Part shown: one piece after another, positions 19,934 to 26,762 of the stretch
How the letters are laid out: each line of letters starts with the position of its first letter
How positions within the stretch are numbered: position 1 is the first letter of the stretch
DNA from: Macrostomum lignano
Lineage: Eukaryota
DNA length: 26,762 nucleotides
Assembly (NCBI GenBank): GCA_002269645.1
Contig: NIVC01000174.1
Location: 1-26,762, forward strand
Direction of reading: 5' to 3'
Position numbers and translations under genes: made by a program
Notes under the pieces: generated by a model
The model's database searches: none
The model's input: the letters and a program-made list of their open reading frames with translations, nothing else
Told to the model about the DNA's origin: nothing

Positions 19934-22900
19934 CTGGGGAAAGCATTGGTGGGTGGGATCTGAGTCTTGGGATTGGGGATATTTCAGTTTTGGTTTAGTT
20001 TTGAGATTGGGATCTTTGAGTTTCGGGATTGGGGATCTTTGAGCTTCAGGATCGGGGATATTTCAGTTTTGTGATTGGGGATTTTTGAGTTTTTGGATTA
20101 GGATATTTCAGTTTGGGGATTTAGGATCTTTCAGTTGATTGGTTGATTGGGGATCTTTGAGTTTTGGGATTTGGGATATTTCATTTTTGGGATTTGGGAT
20201 ATTTCACTTTTGGAATCGGAAGATCTCTGCGTTTTGAGATTGGGGATCTTGGAGTTTTGGAATAAGATATAGAAATCCCGACACAGCACAAGCCTATTCA
20301 CCTTCAAAATGTGCACCCGGAAATCCCTAGGCGTATCGGCCGCCTGCGGCACCTTGTACTCCCAGGTGGAGTCGGTGAGGTTCCGCCCAGAATCGGCATC
20401 ATAGACGGTCCGCTCCATCAGGTAGTAGCCCATGCCCATGACGAAGGCGCCTTCAATCTGGCCAATGTCCACCCCTGGGTTGATGGACCGGCCCACGTCC
20501 ATGGTGATGTCCACTCGGCGGATCTCGTAGAGGCCCGTGAGGACGTCGACCTCGGCTTCCACGGCGCCGACCCCGGTGCTGCAGTAGCGACCGGCCTTGC
20601 GACCGGCGTTGTCTGCCGTGAACCTGCGACAGGGTTGGTTTGAGATTTCAAGTTCAACATCTCTGAACCAGTTGACTCCATTAAGCTAGGTGATATAAAA
20701 TCTCTATATAGAATTGAGATTGTGGAATCCCAATCCCACAATCTAAAATTCCGAACCAAAGTCTAAAGTCCCAATCCCACAATTTGAAATTCCAACCCCA
20801 AAATCTAGAATCCTAATCCTAAAATCTAGAATCCCAATCCTAAAATCTAGAATCCCAATCCTAAAATCTAGAATCCCAATCCTAAAATCTAGAATCCCAA
20901 TCCTAAAATCTAGAATCCCAATCCTAAAATCTAGAATCCCAATCCCACAATCTAAAATCCCAACCCCACAATCTAGAATCCCAATCCCACAATCTAGAAT
21001 CCCAATCCCACAATCTAGAATCCCAATCCCACAATTTAGAATCCCAATCCCACAATCTAAAATCCCAATCCCACAATCTAAAATCCCAATCCCACAATCT
21101 AAAATCCCAATCCCACAATCTAGAATCCCAATCCCACAATCTAGAATCCCAATCCCACAATCTAGAATCCCAATCCCACAATTTAGAATCCCAATCCCAC
21201 AATCTAAAATCCCAATCCCACAATCTAAAATCCCAACCCCAAAATCCTCACACTCCATTGCGGCCAAGCAGATCCCGGCGGACACAGCCTTGCCCACCAG
21301 AGCCGGCCAAGAGTCCTGTGGATTGGCAGCCCTGAGCGTCTCCAGCCGCTGGTTGATCTGCTCCGCGGCGTTCACCGCTGCCTGGCAGTTCCACTCGCTA
21401 GTCGAGCTGCCCCCGGTGACGTCATTATTAGGCGTCACGTGACTATCCGTGGGCTTGAGTTTGATCAGAGTCAGGTCGATATTGAGCTTGGCGGCTACAG
21501 CTTGGGCGCACTTGACCCCGAGGCCCTGACCCATCTCGGCACCGCTGTGGGTCAGGGTGACGCTGCCGTCGGAGCCCTGGACAGTCAGGTACACCTGCGA
21601 GGGCCGCCCGCGATCGTAGCCGATCTGATAGGACACAGCAGTCATGTCCAGGCCGCGCTTGCGAAATGTGTTGGCCTGGGGTGAGCAAGGAGTGACATTC
21701 TGTACAACAGGAGTGACATTCTGTATAACAGTAGTGGCATTCTGTATAACAGGAGTGACATTCTGTATAACAGGAGTGACATTCTGTATAACAGGAGTGA
21801 CATTCTGTATAACTGGAGTGACATTCTGTATAACAGTAGTGGCATTCTGTATAATAGGAGTGACATTCTGTATAATAGGAGTGACATTCTGTATAACAGG
21901 AGTGACATTCTGTATAACAGGAGTGACATTTTGTATAATAGGAGTGATATTCTGTACAACAGGAGTGACATTACTTACAACAGGAGTGACATTTGTATAA
22001 CAGGAGTGACATTATTTATAACAGGAGTGACATTCTGTATAACTGGAGTGACATTCTGTATAATAGAAGTGGCATTCGGTATAAAAGGAGTGCAACAACA
22101 GATAAACAACAATAGACACAGAATAGATAATACCCAACAATAGACACACACCAGCTCTTTCACCTTATTAAATTCTTCAATTTCCTTTCGCCTGGCTTCA
22201 ATATCGGCCAGCTGCAGCAGCTCGCTCCACATCCGCTGGAAATTGTCGCCCTCCCGTTTGTTGCCCAGGATGTCGAACTGGAAGGCAAGATTAGTAAGCT
22301 TTTGGTTTAGAAGTTTTCAGATTAGTAGTTTCGTTGATTTTGTGTCTTAAGAGTTATTCTCTGATCCCGATCTGAGAATCACTGATCCCAATCTCACAAT
22401 CACTGATCCCATTCTGAGAATCACTGATCCCAATCTCACAATCACTGATCCCAATCTCACAATCACTGATTTCAATCTGAGAATCACTGATTCCAATCTG
22501 AGAATCACTGATCCCAATCTGAGAATCTCTGATCCCAATCTGAGAATCACTGATCCCAATCTCAAAATCCCTAATCATTATCTGAGAATCACTGATCCCA
22601 ATCTGAGAATCACTAATCCCAATCTGAGAATCACTGATCCCAATCTCAGAATTACTGATCCCAATCTCACAATCACTGATCCCATTCTGAGAATCACTGA
22701 TCCAATCTCACAATCACTGATCCCAATCTCACAATCACTGATTCCAATCTGAGAATCACTTATCCCAATCTGAGAATCTCTGATCCCAATCTGAGAATCA
22801 CTGATCCCAATCTCAAAATCCTTAATCATTATCTGAGAATCACTGATCCCAATCTGAGAATCACTAATCCCAATCTGAGAATCACTGATCCCAATCTGAG

Positions 22901-25900
22901 AATCACTGATCCCAATCTCACAATCACTGATCCCATTCTGAGAATCACTGATCCCAATCTCACAATCACTGATCCCAATCTCACAATCACTGATTTCAAT
23001 CTGAGAATCACTGATTCCAATCTGAGAATCACTGATCCCAATCTGAGAATCTCTGATCCCAATCTGAGAATCACTGATCCCAATCTCAAAATCCCTAATC
23101 ATTATCTGAGAATCACTGATCCCAATCTGAGAATCACTAATCCCAATCTGAGAATCACTGATCCCAATCTCAGAATTACTGATCCCAATCTCACAATCAC
23201 TGATCCCATTCTGAGAATCACTGATCCCAATCTCACAATCACTGATCCCAATCTCACAATCACTGATTCCAATCTGAGAATCACTGATTCCAATCTGAGA
23301 ATCATGATTCCAATCTGAGAATCACTGATCCCAATCTGAGAATCACTGATCCCAATCTCAAAATCCCTAATCATTATCTGAGAATCACTGATCCCAATCT
23401 GAGAATCACTGATCCCAATCTGAGAATCACTGATCCCAATCTGAGAATCACTGATCAATCCAGAATCACTGATCTTTGTTCCTAGACTAAGCCTGGTAAT
23501 TAATGAGCAACCAAGGCAACATTACGTCTCCATCCTTGTAGAGATTGTTGAACTTGAACTCAATGGGGTCCATGCCGGCCTCGAATGCCAGGTGGTCCAT
23601 GAGCAGCAGGTTGGCTAGAGAGCTCACAGCCGGTCCCGGGCCGCGAACAAATCTCGGGTTTGTCCGTGCGCATGTGACGGATGCGAAAGGAGTAGTTTGG
23701 GCACCGGTAGCCCATGTCCAAGGTGTGCTTGAGCTCGTCTGCGATCATGGTCTGGGGAGAATTTTAAGGGGTGGGAGCTTGCTTCGAGAATAGTTTAAAA
23801 GACTAATAATCTCTTATAAGATCCTTAGATATTTAAATCCCACAACGATGGGATCGGAGTTTATAGATTTCTTAGAATAACAATTGCACGGCAGCGCAAA
23901 TCCCAAAAACTTCATGGGATCGGAAATCCCAACGACTTCATGGGATCGGAAATGCCAACGACTTCATGGGATCTGAAATCCCAACGACTTCATTGGATCT
24001 GAAATCCCAACGACTTCATGGGATCTGAAATCCCAAAAACTTCAATGGGATCTGAAATCCCAACGACTTCATGGATCTGAAATCCCAAAAACTTCAATGG
24101 GATCTGAAATCCCAACAACTTCATGGGATCTAAAATCCCAAAACTTCATGGAATGGGAAATCCAAAAACTTCATGGATCTGAAATCCCAGATACTCCATG
24201 GAAACTTAAATCACAAAAAATTTCATGGGATCTGAAATCCCAAAAACTTCATGGATTTGAAATCCAAAAAACATTATGGAATCTGAAATCCAAAAACATT
24301 ATGGAATCTGAAATCCCAAAAACATTATGGAATCTGAAATCTCAAAAAACAGTATGGAATCTGAAATCTCAAAACATTATGGGATCTGAAATCCCAAAAA
24401 CTTCATGGAATCGGAATCCTAAAATGAATTGATGGAGTTCAAAACTGCTTAAATCTCAAGTTAAAAATCCCCAATGTTCACCTGCATATTAACGGTATAG
24501 CCAACTTCATTATTGATCTCCCAGTCAGCCGCCCTAAGTTTGCCTCAGCATTGACGGCGCCCTTGTATCGCAGCAGCATGCCGGGCCGCTTCATCGCCAG
24601 CTGCATGTTGAGGCCAGAGTCAGGTACATCCGCACCGGTTGCTGGGCAATGTCGGCGGCGACACAGGTGGCGCAGGCGATCAGATCCGACATGATCAGCT
24701 TGCCACCGAACCCGCCGCCGATTCGGGGTGTCACAACTCGGAGCTCGTTGGCCGGACGGCGGAGCACGCGGCGAAGGGTCATGACCAGGGCGTCCGCCCA
24801 CTGGTGCGGCACCGAGATCAGCAGGCCCTCCTCGCATGGCGTCACGCTGGCGTCAGGGACTCCATGAAGAAGTGCGCCTGCGGTTTGGGAATGGTTGGGC
24901 CATAGAGTGGCTTCACGTTGTAGTGAACGGCGATTCTTAAGGTGTTGAATCGCGATTCTTAGGATGGTGAATAACGATTCTTAGGATGGTGAATGGCGAT
25001 TCTTATTCTGAAGGTAGTAAATGGCGATTCTTAGAGGTGGTGAATGGACGATTCTTAAGATGGTGAACGAGCTATTCTCAGGAATGTGAATGGCGATTCT
25101 TAGGGTGGTAAATGGCGATTTTTTAGGTTAGTCAATGGTGTTTCTTAAGGTGGTGAATGGCAATTCTTAAAGGTAGTGAATGGCAATTCTTAGAGGTGGT
25201 AAATGGGGATTTTTAAATGTGGTGAATGGCGATTCTTAGAGTTGTGAATGGTGATTCTTAGAGTGGTGAATGGCGATTCTTAAAGTGGTGAATGGGCGAT
25301 TCTAAGAAAGGTGATTGGGCGATTCTTAGAGTGGTGAATGGCGATTCTTAAAGTGGTGAATGGGCGATTCTAAGAAAGGTGATGGGCGATTCTTAGAGTG
25401 GTGAATGGGAAATTCTTAAAGTGGTGAATGGCGATTCTTAGAGTGGTGAATGGCGATTCTTAAAGTGGTGAATGGCGATTCTTAAAGTGGTGAATGGCGA
25501 TTCTTAGAGTGGTGAATGGCGATTCTTAAAGTGGTGAATGGAAATTCTTAAAGGTGGTGAATGGCGATTTTTCAAGAGTTAGTGAAAGGCGATTCCTAAG
25601 GCTGGTGAATGGCGATTCTAAGGCCGGTGAATGGCGATTCTAGCAATTATGCTCTATAAAACCAAAAGAATGAGAAAAGCCAACCTGCTCATTAACAACG
25701 ATTTGGCCTTCAATCCGGCAAGGCTGACTATCCAACTCTTTCGCCACATCCTCGGAGCCAACAGTCTCCACGGGCGGCTCATGACAACCGAGGCCTTGGC
25801 AACAGCTTCAGCAACGCTAGTGATTGGCTCGCCAGTCTGTTCAAGGTCAACCGTGACCAGGGCGGCGGCTCTGTCAGCAGCTCGCTGACTTTTGGCGAGC

Positions 25901-25962
25901 ACTATGGCCAGCGGCTGGCCGGCGTAGCGAACCTCTGTGGTGACCAAGATTTCCTCAGTTGT
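19706..25962 (-). CDS. AOX: Xanthine dehydrogenase/aldehyde oxidase family molybdo-flavoenzyme, Moco-binding C-terminal part (7 exons; 5' exons outside the window)
   Basis: Spliced product has VRYAGQPLAIV, EQAHFFMES, RIGGGFGGK, FVRGPG, RKRG, EMGQGL, TGGSSTSE, EVDVLTG, DVGRSINPGVDIGQIEGAFVMGMG, WEYKVP, KAIGEPP, PLTPERV; every intron has GT-AG ends. Confidence 0.93.
19955..20265. repeat. Intronic degenerate minisatellite, about 23-bp unit GGGATMTTTSAGTTTTGGGATTK
   Basis: Direct reading within intron 19934-20301. Confidence 0.85.
20302..20623 (-). CDS. AOX: AOX/XDH exon (FTADN...EVDVLTG...GQIEGAFVMGMG...HILK)
   Basis: 322 nt, phase 2-0; acceptor tcgcag|, donor |gtgaat. Confidence 0.92.
20726..21247. 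repeat. Intronic minisatellite, 21-bp unit ATCCCAATCCCACAATCTARA
   Basis: Direct reading within intron 20624-21253. Confidence 0.96.
21254..21675 (-). CDS. AOX: AOX/XDH exon (ANTFRKRG...EMGQGL...TGGSSTSE...LAAME)
   Basis: 422 nt, phase 0-2; acceptor ccccag|, donor |gtgtga chosen because it keeps frame with the next exon. Confidence 0.9.
21688..22092. repeat. Intronic minisatellite, 21-bp unit CAGGAGTGACATTCTGTATAA
   Basis: Direct reading within intron 21676-22163. Confidence 0.96.
22164..22277 (-). CDS. AOX: AOX/XDH exon (FDILGNK...RRKEIEEFNK)
   Basis: 114 nt, phase 0-0; acceptor ttccag|, donor |gtgaaa. Confidence 0.88.
22361..23474. repeat. Intronic minisatellite, 21-bp unit GATCCCAATCTGAGAATCACT, with 251-273-bp higher-order repeat
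   Basis: Variant AATCATTATCTG at 22573, 22824, 23097, 23369; intron 22278-23525. Confidence 0.96.
23526..23751 (-). CDS. AOX: AOX/XDH exon (TMIADELKHTLDMGY...FVRGPG...NLYKDGD), one frameshift
   Basis: Acceptor ccccag|, donor |gtaatg. Confidence 0.82.
23840..24422. repeat. Intronic minisatellite, 26-bp unit TGGGATCTGAAATCCCAACGACTTCA
   Basis: Direct reading within intron 23752-24481; each unit contains a GGGAT/ATCCC inverted repeat. Confidence 0.92.
24482..24877 (-). CDS. AOX: AOX/XDH exon (AHFFMES...GGGFGGKL...EVGYTVNMQ), three apparent 1-nt deletions
   Basis: Acceptor ccgcag|, donor |gtgaac; motifs restored by GG/CC corrections. Confidence 0.85.
24923..25642. repeat. Intronic minisatellite, 22-bp unit GTGGTGAATGGCGATTCTTARA
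   Basis: Direct reading within intron 24878-25684. Confidence 0.94.
25685..25962 (-). CDS. AOX: AOX/XDH exon (TTEEILVTTEVRYAGQP...IEGQIVVNEQ), one apparent 1-nt deletion
   Basis: Acceptor ctgcag| at 25963, donor |gttggc at 25684. Confidence 0.85.
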
Positions 25963-26015
25963 CTGCAGTGCAATTATATAGAGTTTAGACTGTGTAAATG
26001 GGCGCACTGATGGAG

Positions 26016-26680
26016 GAGAGACTCTCACGGTGATTCAGGAGACTCTCACGATGATGCAGGAGACTCTCTCACAATGATGCAGGAGACTCTCACGATGATG
26101 CAGGAGACTCTCAAAATGATGCAGGAGACTCTCTCACAATGATGCAGGAGACTCTCACAATGATGCAGGAGACTCTCACAATGATGCAGGAGACTCTCAC
26201 GATGATGCAGGAGACTCTCACAATGATGCAGGAGACTCTCACAATGATGCAGGAGACTCTCACAATGATGCAGGAGACTCTTCACAATGATGCAGGGACT
26301 CTCTCACAATGATGCAGGGACTCTCTCACAATGATGCAGGAGACTCTCAAAATGATGCAGGAGACTCTCACAATGATGCAGGAGACTCTCACGATGATGC
26401 AGGAGACTCTCTCACAATGATGCAGGAGACTCTCACAATGATGCAGTGAGACTCTCTCACAATGATGCAGAGACTCTCACAATGATGAAGGAGAGACTCA
26501 CAATGGTGCAGGAGACTTAAGACTATGATGCAGGAGACTCTCACGATGATGCAGGAGACTGAAGATGATGAAGGAGAGACTCTCGCAATGATGATGGAGA
26601 CTCTCACAACGATGAAGGAGAGACTCTCATAATGATGACGATGGAGAGACTCTCACAATGATTACTGAGAGACTCTTAAT
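26016..26680. repeat. Intronic minisatellite, 21(-23)-bp unit GGAGACTCTCACAATGATGCA
   Basis: Direct reading upstream (gene sense) of the acceptor at 25963. Confidence 0.95.
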
Positions 26681-26762
26681 GATGACAGATTAAGAATGTA
26701 CTTTTAGGCATTTTAGTGCGTCCTATATTACGACTCACGCAAACTGGGGCGGAATCAGAGCC

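Noticed and set aside
20743-21253. CGIGILD heptad extension of the AOX ORF, and similar periodic ORFs at 18001-19127, 21642-22143, 22347-23458 and 26046-26607
   Set aside because: Read-through of 21-bp (7-codon) intronic repeats; GT-AG splicing restores the conserved enzyme without them.
18047-26680. Regular short repeats resembling CRISPR arrays
   Set aside because: Units are head-to-tail with no unique spacers, no cas genes, and the context is eukaryotic.

Overview
Eukaryotic (animal-like, spliceosomal introns) repeat-rich window; species cannot be determined from sequence alone. Left to right: (1) the 3' part of a rolling-circle transposon Rep-helicase gene of the Helentron/Helitron2 type (HUH Rep with about a dozen single-base frameshifts, then an intact Pif1-like helicase, no endonuclease); (2) a 15-bp CCATCCAGTCAGCAA minisatellite starting right after the helicase stop, split by a 2.5-kb non-coding cassette (527-bp dimer, perfect 22-bp hairpin, RFX X-box palindrome, twin GCGAAGC motifs) and then running 6.5 kb with 469/639/1382-bp higher-order repeats; (3) an LTR-retroelement relic in which a USP1-like deubiquitinase fragment sits where gag would be, followed by a 161-bp triplication and a decayed Ty3/gypsy RT-RNaseH-integrase piece; (4) on the minus strand, seven 3' exons of a molybdo-flavoenzyme (xanthine dehydrogenase family, aldehyde-oxidase-like active-site residues), with every intron filled by its own 21-26-bp minisatellite. 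Frameshifts in Rep and AOX are mostly 1-nt losses in homopolymers clustered at both window ends, so they may be sequencing errors. All protein family calls are motif recognition by eye, not database searches.
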